A stretch of 64,000 bases of DNA from an uncultured delta proteobacterium. GTDB taxonomy: Bacteria > Desulfobacterota > Binatia > UBA9968. Under the pieces are notes generated by a model. It ran no database searches and had not been told where the DNA came from. It worked only from the letters and a program-made list of their open reading frames with translations. Of this stretch, positions 19,135 through 28,784 are shown piece after piece. The stretch lies in NCBI GenBank assembly GCA_963728565.1, contig CAVSLC010000023.1, forward strand, positions 1-64,000, read 5' to 3'. Numbering within the stretch: position 1 is the first letter of the stretch; each line of letters starts with the position of its first letter. A program made the translations under genes and the position numbers.

Positions 19135-20302
19135 AGAGGCGACGGTACTGCTTAGCGATGCTTGGCAAATTGAAGTTCAAGGCGCGCTTTTTTCCACTGG
19201 CGCCGAGACGGTTGCGCAGATCGGGAGTCGTCAGAAGTGTCGTAAGAACCCCTACGCATTCGGGGATATCATGCCAGTTTACGAGAACGCCGCTTTGATT
19301 CTCGAGCACGTCCTTGTTGCCGCCGGCATCGGACGCGATCACCGGCAGTCCTACCGCCATCGCCTCCAGGAGTGAGTTGGACATGCCCTCGGTCTTGGAA
19401 GGCAAGACGAAAAGATCCGCGATTGCGTAGAACTTCGCGACATCCGCTTGGTGTCCGGTAAATCGCACTGATCCGAGGATCGCTGATTTTTCGACCTGGG
19501 CTTCGAGAGCTGGTTTTAGGGGACCATCGCCGACAATCACCAGAACCGCGCCATGGCGGGCTGGCAGGGAAGCCCAGACCCTGAGGAGTTGATCGACGCC
19601 TTTTTCTTCGACGAGACGGCCAACGTAAAGAACCATGCGAGTTTCCGAGCTTCCGAGAAATTCAAGCTTGAACTTTGAGTAATCCGGCCGCGGGTCGCCA
19701 TTTAGAAGCACGCCATTGGGAATGCGCGCAATTCTACCGGGTGAGATTCCGGCGTCGCATAGGTGCTGGGCCAATTCCTTGCTGACCGCGATGAAACCGG
19801 CCGAACCTTCTATGAGAATCCGCCTTCGAAGTTGATGCATCAAGCGACCGGGTTGCACGTCGGCGGCATGCTCGACCGAGGGTATCTTGATGATCACGGC
19901 TTTCCGCAGCATCCAGCCGACGACGGACGCAATGATTCCCAACCGAGGGCTGTGAGCATGAATGATTTGAAAGCGCTTTCTGTTGATGGCGGCCCAGACC
20001 AGGAAAGAAACCAAGAAGGACCAGGCCGGTTGCAAACGGAGAATTGGCAGATGAACGAAATACACGTGGTTCCGGCTTGCCGCCGGCGGCATGTCGGTGC
20101 CGTATCCGCCGCGGGCCGGTTTGAATATTTTTTGACGCCTGCTAACGATCCAGACTGAAACTTCTTGAGACTCTAATGCATTGGCAAGGCCCAAGAGCTG
20201 TTTTTGTGTCCCGCCCAAGGGAAACTGCATATTTGAGAGAACCATCACCACCCCGATTGGTTTGGGGCTCACGAATTTGTCAGGCAACCTCTGCTCGACC
20301 AT
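19112..20302 (-). CDS. GT4 glycosyltransferase
   Basis: GGTQKQ, IHAHS, IPNGV, VGRLVEEKG and EGMSNSLLEAMA. Confidence 0.9.
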   Translation of the reverse strand: MVEQRLPDKFVSPKPIGVVMVLSNMQFPLGGTQKQLLGLANALESQEVSVWIVSRRQKIFKPARGGYGTDMPPAASRNHVYFVHLPILRLQPAWSFLVSFLVWAAINRKRFQIIHAHSPRLGIIASVVGWMLRKAVIIKIPSVEHAADVQPGRLMHQLRRRILIEGSAGFIAVSKELAQHLCDAGISPGRIARIPNGVLLNGDPRPDYSKFKLEFLGSSETRMVLYVGRLVEEKGVDQLLRVWASLPARHGAVLVIVGDGPLKPALEAQVEKSAILGSVRFTGHQADVAKFYAIADLFVLPSKTEGMSNSLLEAMAVGLPVIASDAGGNKDVLENQSGVLVNWHDIPECVGVLTTLLTTPDLRNRLGASGKKRALNFNLPSIAKQYRRLYESVLQG

Positions 20303-22220
20303 AGAGTTCCGTCCACGCGCTCAACATTAGGAGGTTCCAAATGTAGCCGCTGAGATCGCGGTTTCCCCGCTGGTAAGAGTTGACCAATTTCTTGACCGCC
20401 GGCCGATTGATTTCCTGCGGCAGACTTGCGTCGTGGGACAGCAGTCGTTCGCGCACATACTGTGCAAGGTCGGTTTGAAACCAGCGGTTCATTGGGAAAC
20501 CGAAGCCGGTTTTCCGGCGAGAAAGAAACTCCGCGCCGAAATCAGTTGAAAGGATCTGTTTGAGCAGAAACTTTTTCTGCTGACCGGCGAACTTGTAGCG
20601 GGTCGGCATGCGCGCGGCCAGTTCGACCACTTTGTGATCCAACAACGGACAGCGCGCTTCCAAAGAGTTCAGCATGCTGGCGCGGTCTACTTTCACCAGG
20701 ATATCCTCGGGCAAATAGGTTTTAGTATCGACATACTGCAGGCGGCCGATTGAATCGGCGGGGGCCTTGGACCAGGCTTGAAGGAAGAAATCGTCGAACT
20801 CGGACTGATGAGAAACGGCCCGGCGCAGCTCCGGGGCGAGAAATCTCAAGGCCGCCGGTTTGCTCCGCTGGTGCAGGTATCGGCCGCAGGAGTCCTGGCC
20901 GAGCAGGCTTAACAATCCCTTGCCGGTTATATTTTCGGGCCAGAGACGAGCGGTGGTGCCAAACACGAGCCGCCGTAGTGCCAAAGGAAACCGATCGACC
21001 CGAGTGAGCTTGTTAAAAAGCCCGTATTGATTGTAACCGGCGAACAATTCATCGCCGCCGTCTCCGGTTAGCACGACCGTCACATGACGCCGCGCTATTT
21101 GCGAAACATAGTAGGTCGGCAATGCCGAATCATCGGCAAAGGGCTCGTCATGTTGCTCTGCGATTTTCGGCAGAACCTCGATCGCGTTCGGCCGTACCAC
21201 CGCTTCGTGATGATCGGTGCCGTAGCGTTTCGCTACTAGCCGCGCCCACCTAAGTTCACTGTAACGTTCTTCTTCAAAGCCGATCGAGAATGTCTTCACC
21301 GGTCTGTTGGCGAAGCGACTCATTGCCCGGACTACGATCGTCGAATCGATCCCGCCGGATAAGAGCGCCCCCAACGGAACATCGCTGATCATGCGCAATT
21401 TCACCGCCTCGGTAAATTCTGCGTCGAATTCTTCGATCCAATCTGTGATGTCTTGTCTGCTCTCCGGCTCGAACCGGAGATTCCAGTAATCTGCCAGTTC
21501 GATCCTGTCGGGTCGATCAAGTTCGACCCAGGCGAAATGGCCGGCGGGCAATTTGCCGATACCCTGAAAAATTGTCCGCGGAGCAGCGATGTAATCGAAG
21601 GTCAGATACTGCGCCAGGGCGACGGGATTCATTTTTCGCGGCGTCTGGCGATCCGCCAGTAACACCTTCAGCTCCGAGGCAAATTGAAAGCCATTGGGTG
21701 TTGCGTTGAAATAGAGCGGCTTCTTGCCGATCCGATCCCGCGCCAGGAAAAGACGTCGGTTCCTAAGATCGAGGACGGCGAAGGCGAACATGCCGCGCAG
21801 ATGATCGAGGCATTTCTCTCCCCATTGTTTGAAAGCATAAAGCAAGACCTCACTATCGGAGTGATCTGTTCTAAAGATGTGTCCCTGGCGTGCTAGTTCG
21901 CGGCGCAAGGCGGCAAAATTGTAAATCTCTCCATTGAAGGTGAGCCATAACTTTCCCTCGCCATCGCTCATCGGCTGCGCGGCTGCCTGTGAAAGATCGA
22001 TGATGGATAGACGGCGGTGGCCCAGCCCGATGTCGTAATGCTGCGGGGTGGCGCGCGCAGGCTGGTTGTACGAAATCACTGTAGCGCCCGTGTCTTGGTT
22101 GGTTAAAAAGACGCCATATCCATCCGGGCCTCGATGAGTCAGCGTGTTCAGTTGGCGCAGGAAAGCCGTACTGTCGATGGGCCGTCCATCGGCGTTGATT
22201 CTTCCAAAGATTCCGCACAT
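20280..22220 (-). CDS. asnB: Asparagine synthase (glutamine-hydrolysing)-family amidotransferase
   Basis: N-terminal MCGI, HRGPD, HRRLSIIDL, FNGEIYN, LSGGIDS, TGDGGDELF and KVDRASM. Confidence 0.93.
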   Translation of the reverse strand: MCGIFGRINADGRPIDSTAFLRQLNTLTHRGPDGYGVFLTNQDTGATVISYNQPARATPQHYDIGLGHRRLSIIDLSQAAAQPMSDGEGKLWLTFNGEIYNFAALRRELARQGHIFRTDHSDSEVLLYAFKQWGEKCLDHLRGMFAFAVLDLRNRRLFLARDRIGKKPLYFNATPNGFQFASELKVLLADRQTPRKMNPVALAQYLTFDYIAAPRTIFQGIGKLPAGHFAWVELDRPDRIELADYWNLRFEPESRQDITDWIEEFDAEFTEAVKLRMISDVPLGALLSGGIDSTIVVRAMSRFANRPVKTFSIGFEEERYSELRWARLVAKRYGTDHHEAVVRPNAIEVLPKIAEQHDEPFADDSALPTYYVSQIARRHVTVVLTGDGGDELFAGYNQYGLFNKLTRVDRFPLALRRLVFGTTARLWPENITGKGLLSLLGQDSCGRYLHQRSKPAALRFLAPELRRAVSHQSEFDDFFLQAWSKAPADSIGRLQYVDTKTYLPEDILVKVDRASMLNSLEARCPLLDHKVVELAARMPTRYKFAGQQKKFLLKQILSTDFGAEFLSRRKTGFGFPMNRWFQTDLAQYVRERLLSHDASLPQEINRPAVKKLVNSYQRGNRDLSGYIWNLLMLSAWTELYGRAEVA

Positions 22221-22292
22221 CTGCTTGTCCGGTCAGAATCAGCGCGCGTCGTTCAGCCTCTATTCTGAGGCCGATTGTCGAGCGCGCGATAT

Positions 22293-23885
22293 TTACCGCT
22301 GGCGGTTTGAAGCCGTCGGCGCAACTCTAGTGAAGCCATTGCGAAGCAGACCATAAAATGACCTTAGCTCGGCAGAGTGGATCAGCAACGATACGATGAG
22401 ATAACTCGCGATGCCAAACGTGACCGCCGTTCCGAGGGACATGGAAGCGGCTATCAGAGAAGTGCCGGCGGCGAATGTTTGGTGCAAGGTCGGCAGCATC
22501 AAGTAAATGATCGCTCCCATGGCCGCGGTGGTTACGGCAGTCATGCCAAAGGAACTCAGAATCTTGCGGTATTCAGCGTGTTGTTTAAGCTCTGCAGGAA
22601 GAAAGGCGAATAGTAAAACAGCTTTCACGATGAACGAGATCGACTCCGATAGGGCCAAGCCGGCATGGGTCATCGATTTGACCAGGATCGAAGAGAGAAG
22701 AATCTTAATCGCCAATCGGACCAGGCCTATGACAACCGGCGTTTTTGTTTTATGTAGGCTGTAAAACGCGAACGTAAGGACATTGCAGAGACTATAGGCC
22801 CAAAGTCCGATTGCATAGAACACGACAGCTTGGCCGGTCAGCTTGGCCGACTCCTCATTGAATGCGCCGCGTTGATAGACCAGACGCACCAGAGGCTCGT
22901 TGAGTAGTATCAAACCGATGGACAGAGGAAAGACGATCCAAAAAAGCATCCGCAGACACTTGGAAAGTTTTTTCGCGAAATCTTCATAATTCTCGAGCGC
23001 TGCCTTCTTGGAAAAAAACGGGAACAGCACCGTGGTTAGGGAGTCGACGAAAAGTTCGAAGCCGGCGTAAGTGATTCTATAGCCGTAAGCTAGGGCAGAG
23101 AGGCTTCCGGCCTGAAGGAGGGAGGCAAAGATGCGATCGGTAACTTTACCCAGCCTGGTGCCGCTGGCGCCGATGAAGAGCGGCACGCTTAGACGCGCCA
23201 TTCGCCGCAGGGTCGGGCTTTTTAAATCAATCTGCGGTTTGTAATAGGCTCTGAACTTCCAAAGTATCGGCGCTTGAATGAGTGCTTGTACGAAAGCTCC
23301 TAAGACCGCGCTTACCGCCAGTACATAGATACCGAGAAATGGCGCGAGAATGACAATGCACAGAATGTTGACCAGGTTTTCCACTGTGCTGACCATTCCC
23401 GGCCAGCCAAAACGCTGGTAGGAATGTAAAACGCCCGACAGAAGTTTCGCCAGCCCGACAAAAACCAGGGTGAGCATCATAAGGCTGGTCAACTCGGCAG
23501 CGAGAGTGCTGGTTTCGGGTGCAAATCCCGGCGCGACAAGCGCTACCAGGTACGGGGCGAGTAGCCAGCCGACGGCAGCGATGATGACGAACAGGACCAT
23601 CGAAGTGTTTATTAGGATACTGGCATTGTCCCATGCAGTGCGCTCGCCTTGGATCGTTAGGTCCTGAGTGAAGAGAGGGACGAAGACTACCCGGATGGGA
23701 TTGTTGAGCCAGGCAAATAATAAACTGGCGATTGTCGCGGCGACGAGGAAAGCGTCGGTTTCGGGCGAAGTGCCGAATTCGGCAGCGACGATGATATCCA
23801 GGAGAAGTCCGCTGGCTTTGGACAATAGGGTGAGCGCCATTACCAAGGTAGCGGAGCGCAGGATCTTTTGAGCCGAAGATCGCAT
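22293..23885 (-). CDS. murJ: MurJ/MviN-family MOP flippase located inside the polysaccharide operon
   Basis: L.SK..G....I.A..FG....DAF, FVPLF, APGF, D..FAS.L..G..S.L.Y..R, YQRGAF and FYSL..TKTP; about 14 hydrophobic segments. Confidence 0.85.
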   Translation of the reverse strand: MRSSAQKILRSATLVMALTLLSKASGLLLDIIVAAEFGTSPETDAFLVAATIASLLFAWLNNPIRVVFVPLFTQDLTIQGERTAWDNASILINTSMVLFVIIAAVGWLLAPYLVALVAPGFAPETSTLAAELTSLMMLTLVFVGLAKLLSGVLHSYQRFGWPGMVSTVENLVNILCIVILAPFLGIYVLAVSAVLGAFVQALIQAPILWKFRAYYKPQIDLKSPTLRRMARLSVPLFIGASGTRLGKVTDRIFASLLQAGSLSALAYGYRITYAGFELFVDSLTTVLFPFFSKKAALENYEDFAKKLSKCLRMLFWIVFPLSIGLILLNEPLVRLVYQRGAFNEESAKLTGQAVVFYAIGLWAYSLCNVLTFAFYSLHKTKTPVVIGLVRLAIKILLSSILVKSMTHAGLALSESISFIVKAVLLFAFLPAELKQHAEYRKILSSFGMTAVTTAAMGAIIYLMLPTLHQTFAAGTSLIAASMSLGTAVTFGIASYLIVSLLIHSAELRSFYGLLRNGFTRVAPTASNRQR

Positions 23886-23965
23886 GTTGCAGAAGCCGTC
23901 AACGGCCGGCTAACTCCCCGTCTCCGAGAGCGTCAATGACCAGCACTCTTCCGTCAAACTCTACT

Positions 23966-25372
23966 CTATGGCGCGGGCATTGAGCTTGGAAACCGGTGGG
24001 ATAGACGCACGGCCCGAGGACTTTGGTGCGGGCGTCGGTCTAAACAGTGCATGGCGATGGTCAAGCCAACGATGATGTAGAGAAAATCGCTGAGCCAAAA
24101 GTCTGCGAAGGCGGAAAATACAAGAAAGAGAATTAAGTTAGCTGCCAGTCCTTTGATCAACCACAAAAGCTCCGGCGGCCCGGTCTTCTCTAGTTGTTTG
24201 AGCATCCGATAGGTGTTGTGAAACAGTACGAGATAGAGCGCTAAGGCGCCGATCCCTCCGGCGGCGAGCGCCCATACATACGAGTTGTGAGTCTGTTTAT
24301 CATGGCCGTAAAACGCCTGATTCATCCATAGGAAGTTGCCGATGCCGACGCCCAAAATCGGATCGGATCCAATTAGCTCCGCCGCGGCATAGAGATGGCT
24401 GATGCGCTCGCGTAGCGATATTCGGCCAGGAGCGTCCATATCGGGGTCATAGGTGACTACCCGGGTGAGTTGTGCCACCGGCACCGCGAGCAAGATCACC
24501 AGGCCGACAGACGCGACAAAGCACCAGCTGCCGATTCGTTTACCCGGCGACCATCCCTTCTGCTCTTTTAAAATCAGCAATATCAAAATCATTAACTGTA
24601 AAAAGCCGCTTCGCGAACCGGTCGTCAGCGCAATCAATGGAAAGCAAAAAAGCAGCGGCAGGGCTAAAGCTTTCAGCCAGTCGGCTTGCCCGTGCACTCG
24701 GTAGAACCAGAGAAGCGAGGTGGCAAACACACAGATGTAGGCAAACCGGTTGGGATTTTCAGCTAAGCTAAAAGCAGCCGCGGCGCGATCCGCCCGCGGT
24801 GCCTTAGGCATGGTAATGAAGGCAGTCGCGGCTGCTAGCGCAATCAAAGCGATGATCAGCCACGTGGTCTGCTCGATTTTTTGTCGGGTGGTGACAAAGT
24901 ACGCAAAGAAAATCAGAAATACCATATGAGTAACAAAGCTTTGCAGGTCCCCGCGGGTTTGATCCAGTTGGGGTATCAGCGTGATCGGGTATTTCAGATC
25001 GTTACACAGGGTAGAGATTAGAAACAGCAGGCCAATGGCCAACAGCATGTTTAGCTGCGGCACGCGTAACACCCAGAGACTTCGATCCCGCATGATGGCC
25101 AAACCAAGAGGCAGCATCAATACGGCGCTAACCAGCTTGGCAACGATTGGGATCTCGACGAACCAGGCGGTTAGAATAATCAGCACTCCCAGATGTGGTT
25201 TGATAACCAGCAAGGTAGCGCCTGTTGCAACAGCGACAGCTCCCAGGAAGAGAACGCCTTTGCCGCTGGAAAACACCATGAATACAAACCCAGCCAAGGC
25301 TGCAAATCCGAGCACTTGAGTTGCCAGTAAGCGGCTTTGCCCCAGCGCGGGAAAAGGACGAGCATCAATCAT
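23966..25372 (-). CDS. Wzy polymerase / O-antigen-ligase family protein
   Basis: Multi-TM, with ENPNRFA, TGSRSG, R...Y and GVGIGNF...HNSY. Confidence 0.85.
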   Translation of the reverse strand: MIDARPFPALGQSRLLATQVLGFAALAGFVFMVFSSGKGVLFLGAVAVATGATLLVIKPHLGVLIILTAWFVEIPIVAKLVSAVLMLPLGLAIMRDRSLWVLRVPQLNMLLAIGLLFLISTLCNDLKYPITLIPQLDQTRGDLQSFVTHMVFLIFFAYFVTTRQKIEQTTWLIIALIALAAATAFITMPKAPRADRAAAAFSLAENPNRFAYICVFATSLLWFYRVHGQADWLKALALPLLFCFPLIALTTGSRSGFLQLMILILLILKEQKGWSPGKRIGSWCFVASVGLVILLAVPVAQLTRVVTYDPDMDAPGRISLRERISHLYAAAELIGSDPILGVGIGNFLWMNQAFYGHDKQTHNSYVWALAAGGIGALALYLVLFHNTYRMLKQLEKTGPPELLWLIKGLAANLILFLVFSAFADFWLSDFLYIIVGLTIAMHCLDRRPHQSPRAVRLSHRFPSSMPAP

Positions 25373-25397
25373 AAACTAAAAAGCTCGCGTTAGGTGT

Positions 25398-26147
25398 TCA
25401 GTTGACGCTAAAAAAGTGTCTCAGAAAGGCGGGCGTATAGTCCTTCTGCCGGTTCAACACAACGCCAAGAATCCGCGCTCCGACCTGCTCAAGGTGGCGC
25501 TTGACCTTTTGCGCGTCTTCGATCGAGGTCTTCTCGGCTTCTATCACCATGATGACGCCATCGACCTTGGGAGCCAGCGCATAGGCATCGGGAAACTCAA
25601 GAAGAGGCGCGGCATCGAATATGATGAATTCAAAGTGTGGTTTCAGTTGGCAGAGAAATTTCTCCAACGAATCTTCTTCGAAAAGTTCTGCCGGGACGAT
25701 AGGAGATTGGCCGCTCGAAAGGACGAAAAGGTTCTGGCGGTTGGTCGGTTGGGTGTGCGCTTCGAATGGTAACCCCTCGGATACGACCTGGCTGAAGCCG
25801 CCGTTGTCCTTTACCCGAAACACCGAGTTGAGAGATGGTGTGCGAAAGTTGCTGTCGATAATAAGCACGCGCGATTTTTTTGCCTCCGCCAGGGTTGCAG
25901 CCAGAAGCGCCGCAGTGGTAGTAGTTCCCGTGCCAGATTGACAACCCACGACCATCGCTGAATAAACCCGCTGATCGAGTCCCGCAGGATGCGTCATCCA
26001 AACGCGAATCTTCTCGTATTCCAGCCGATTGGGCACTCCGTTGTCCCAATGATTCCGGGCTGAGGCATATCCGTTGTAGCGGGCGAAGCCGTTGAGTCCG
26101 CTTTTATCAACATTGGCTCTTTTTAGAGCCGCGTACGTTTTGCTCAT
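25398..26147 (-). CDS. CpsD/CapB-family BY-kinase-like protein, probable pseudokinase
   Basis: Walker A reads GCQSGTGTTT (no Lys; codons GGC ACG GGA ACT ACT ACC checked in DNA), A' IIDSNFR, B IIFDAAP, then GVVLN with a single C-terminal Tyr. Confidence 0.85.
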   Translation of the reverse strand: MSKTYAALKRANVDKSGLNGFARYNGYASARNHWDNGVPNRLEYEKIRVWMTHPAGLDQRVYSAMVVGCQSGTGTTTTAALLAATLAEAKKSRVLIIDSNFRTPSLNSVFRVKDNGGFSQVVSEGLPFEAHTQPTNRQNLFVLSSGQSPIVPAELFEEDSLEKFLCQLKPHFEFIIFDAAPLLEFPDAYALAPKVDGVIMVIEAEKTSIEDAQKVKRHLEQVGARILGVVLNRQKDYTPAFLRHFFSVN

Positions 26148-26207
26148 GAGTGTCTCTTTTGTTTTAGATCGCCAAATTGCCGTTGAAACTCGGATAAAAC
26201 ACGGAGT

Positions 26208-27743
26208 TCATTGCGCATTGAGCAATCCTGTCGGAATCGGCCGATCTCTTAAATCTGGGATCGCCGCCAAGACCGGCACTCCCAGGTAATGCTCGACGTC
26301 GGTTTGTGTCCGGAACGAGTTGTTAACAAACTCGAGTCCGAAGGCAATGGCAATTCCCAGCAAGATGCCGAGAACAGCGGCTGCGATAACCATCAGTATC
26401 CGTTTTAGCAGGTCGCTGCCGAGCGCGGCGTGCGGTCTTTCAATGACCGCGACATTGGCCAACTGTTCTTTACCCAGGCCGGAGGCAATGCGAGCCTCTT
26501 CTAGCTTTTTGCCGTAGAGCATGAAAGCGTCTTTCTGAAGCTCGACGCCGCGCGCGAGGCGGTCCCCCTCGACTTTTTTCTCGCGCAGAGGATTGAGAGC
26601 GGCTACGGCTTCGCGAGTTTGCTTGCGAAGAGCTTCCGCCTGCGACGCCTGAGCAGTAAAGAGTGCCACTGCACCGGCCAGTTCTTTTCGTAGAGCCTCA
26701 CGCAAAGGATTCAGATCGGTGGTCTCGCGGCCGATCACGTCGCCCTCCTTCTGTGCGCCGGACAGCTCGGACTTGATGAGAGCGATTTGTTCTCGTTTCT
26801 CCTGAACGCGACGATCCTTGTTGGTAAGTCGCTGAAGGAGATCCTTGAGCGCAAGTTCCGCTGACACCAAATCGGCTTGCAGCTTTGCAATCAACGGATT
26901 TCTTACTTGCTCGCGGCTCGTTACCGAGCGTTCGGGTTGTCCGGCCAGCTGGGCGCGCAGCGAAACGATCTTCGCTCTGGTCGCTTCCATGTCGGCCACC
27001 GATCTCTGCAGGCTTCCCTCGCGGTCCGCGAGCAAGGTCAAATGGTTCTGAATCTGTTGATCCGTTGAAAGAATGTTGGTTGCCTCTTGCCATTTCTTGA
27101 ACTGGTCTTCGGCAGCGCCGAGCTCTAATCCGATCCTTTTCTTCTCCTGTTCATAGAAACTTATGAGTTTAGCCGATCCGCTTTGAACCGCGGCTTGCTG
27201 TTCCAGATACTCGTCAAGCACCATGGCTAGAATATTCTCTGCGTCTTTGGCGCTGGGGGCGAAATAGGTAACTTGAATGACGTTGGTATCGGGGAGCGCA
27301 GCAGCGACGGTGTTTGTCGCCAGCGACAGCATGGTGCTGTCGATTTCTTCCGGCGTGAGATCCTTTTCGTTTTTTCCCGAATCGATCAACAGTTTTTTTG
27401 CCACCGGGAACAGCACATCCCGGCTCTTGATCATTTCTATTTCGGATTGCAGAACCTGCGGGGAGTACAGCATCCTACCGGTCAAGTTCGACAGGCCGGA
27501 GATTTGAAGCGGCATGCGGTCGGTCTTTAGCAGGACCTTGGCCGTCGCTGTCCGGATCGGCGGCTTGAGGAACATAGCGGCCGCGGCCGCGATTGTGAAC
27601 GCAAGAAAGATTCCGGAAATGAGTCGCTGCCATTTGAAGACGGCGAAGAATAGCTGTTTGGTAGCATCCCAGGTATCGGTTTTTTCCGGCTGCAGGGTGT
27701 AAGCTGGATAGAACGAACCTGCAGGTGTGATTCCCTGGGCCAT
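26208..27743 (-). CDS. Polysaccharide co-polymerase (Wzz/GumC-like, membrane half of a split Wzc)
   Basis: Two TM segments flanking a long coiled-coil region; EIEMIKSR, VIE.P..A and VEHYLGVPVLAAIP. Confidence 0.88.
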   Translation of the reverse strand: MAQGITPAGSFYPAYTLQPEKTDTWDATKQLFFAVFKWQRLISGIFLAFTIAAAAAMFLKPPIRTATAKVLLKTDRMPLQISGLSNLTGRMLYSPQVLQSEIEMIKSRDVLFPVAKKLLIDSGKNEKDLTPEEIDSTMLSLATNTVAAALPDTNVIQVTYFAPSAKDAENILAMVLDEYLEQQAAVQSGSAKLISFYEQEKKRIGLELGAAEDQFKKWQEATNILSTDQQIQNHLTLLADREGSLQRSVADMEATRAKIVSLRAQLAGQPERSVTSREQVRNPLIAKLQADLVSAELALKDLLQRLTNKDRRVQEKREQIALIKSELSGAQKEGDVIGRETTDLNPLREALRKELAGAVALFTAQASQAEALRKQTREAVAALNPLREKKVEGDRLARGVELQKDAFMLYGKKLEEARIASGLGKEQLANVAVIERPHAALGSDLLKRILMVIAAAVLGILLGIAIAFGLEFVNNSFRTQTDVEHYLGVPVLAAIPDLRDRPIPTGLLNAQ

Positions 27744-27930
27744 GGCTACCTCCCTTTCAGATGAGGATTATTCAAACCGCCTTCATCGGTGCTCAGGGCC
27801 GCTGCCTTCATCGATTATCGACATCCGTAACCACCGAGATCATGTTTCTGCTGGGACAGTATCTCGGTATCCAGGCTAAGTGTCTTTATCGTGGTGAACA
27901 TCATTTCGAATGTTTCGAGCTGGCGGCGCA

Positions 27931-28683
27931 TTACGGGCCGGTGCGATACGTCACCCCGGCGCTTCCCTTGAGAAATGGAATTAACTCAGTGATATGCTGC
28001 TTGACCCACAAGTTTGCTTCTGCAATGGAGCTCCTGGGAACGAAAATAACGTCGTGTGGCGCGAGAACAAGCGGCTCTTCAATGCCGCCAGTCGAGTCGG
28101 TCAGGTTCAGCTTGCGGCTGATGAACTGAGTCTCGGAACCGCCCGTGCGGACCAGGATGACGCTATCTGGGCGCGCCGTTTCACGAAAACCGCCGGCGCT
28201 GATGATCGCCTGTAACGGGCGCAAGCCTTTGCGGTACGGAATCGTCCCGGGTTTCTCCACCTCACCGCCGATGTAGACCGTCCGCTCGGCAAATTTGGAG
28301 ACACTAACGACGACCTCTGGATCGCGAAGATTCTCTGAAGTTTTTTGCGCTAGTGATTGTTCGAGCTCTCTCGTGGTCATCCCGTAAACCGATATCTCTC
28401 CGACTAGTTGAGCGCTGATCTTACCATCCGGGAGGACAACTATTTCCTGGTTCATGTCGGGATGATAAGTATAGCGAATTTGCAGCGTGTCCCCGGGTTC
28501 CATGCGGTAAATATGGTCTGGAAAATTTCCCGCCTTGACAAACCGCGGAATGTCCTCGGCTGCCAGCTCGGGTGCAGCGACGTTACTGCTGCACCCGTTT
28601 ACGAGCGGGACAAGGACAAGAATCACTGCTTTTAAAATTCCCAAAATTGTTTGGCCGCGCCCTATCTCGCGTTCAGATCGCAT
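27931..28683 (-). CDS. wza: Short OPX/Wza polysaccharide export lipoprotein
   Basis: Lipobox LVNG-C; PES motif YRMEPGD...PDGKIS..LVGEI...G.T..EL; one SLBB domain (VYIGGEVEKPG); DVIFVP. Confidence 0.9.
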   Translation of the reverse strand: MRSEREIGRGQTILGILKAVILVLVPLVNGCSSNVAAPELAAEDIPRFVKAGNFPDHIYRMEPGDTLQIRYTYHPDMNQEIVVLPDGKISAQLVGEISVYGMTTRELEQSLAQKTSENLRDPEVVVSVSKFAERTVYIGGEVEKPGTIPYRKGLRPLQAIISAGGFRETARPDSVILVRTGGSETQFISRKLNLTDSTGGIEEPLVLAPHDVIFVPRSSIAEANLWVKQHITELIPFLKGSAGVTYRTGP

Positions 28684-28784
28684 AGGTTATCCCTTCCATG
28701 GGCTGAGATTTTTTCTGAAGTACAGCTCCGCCCCTTCAGGCCGCTTGACCTTCCAAGTTAAAGAACGCTAGGTCGCAACTCCGA

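Noticed and set aside
23897-23957. Three CGTCAA hexamers between the wzy-like gene and murJ
   Set aside because: Irregular spacing (34 and 21 bp) and a short motif; cannot be distinguished from chance.
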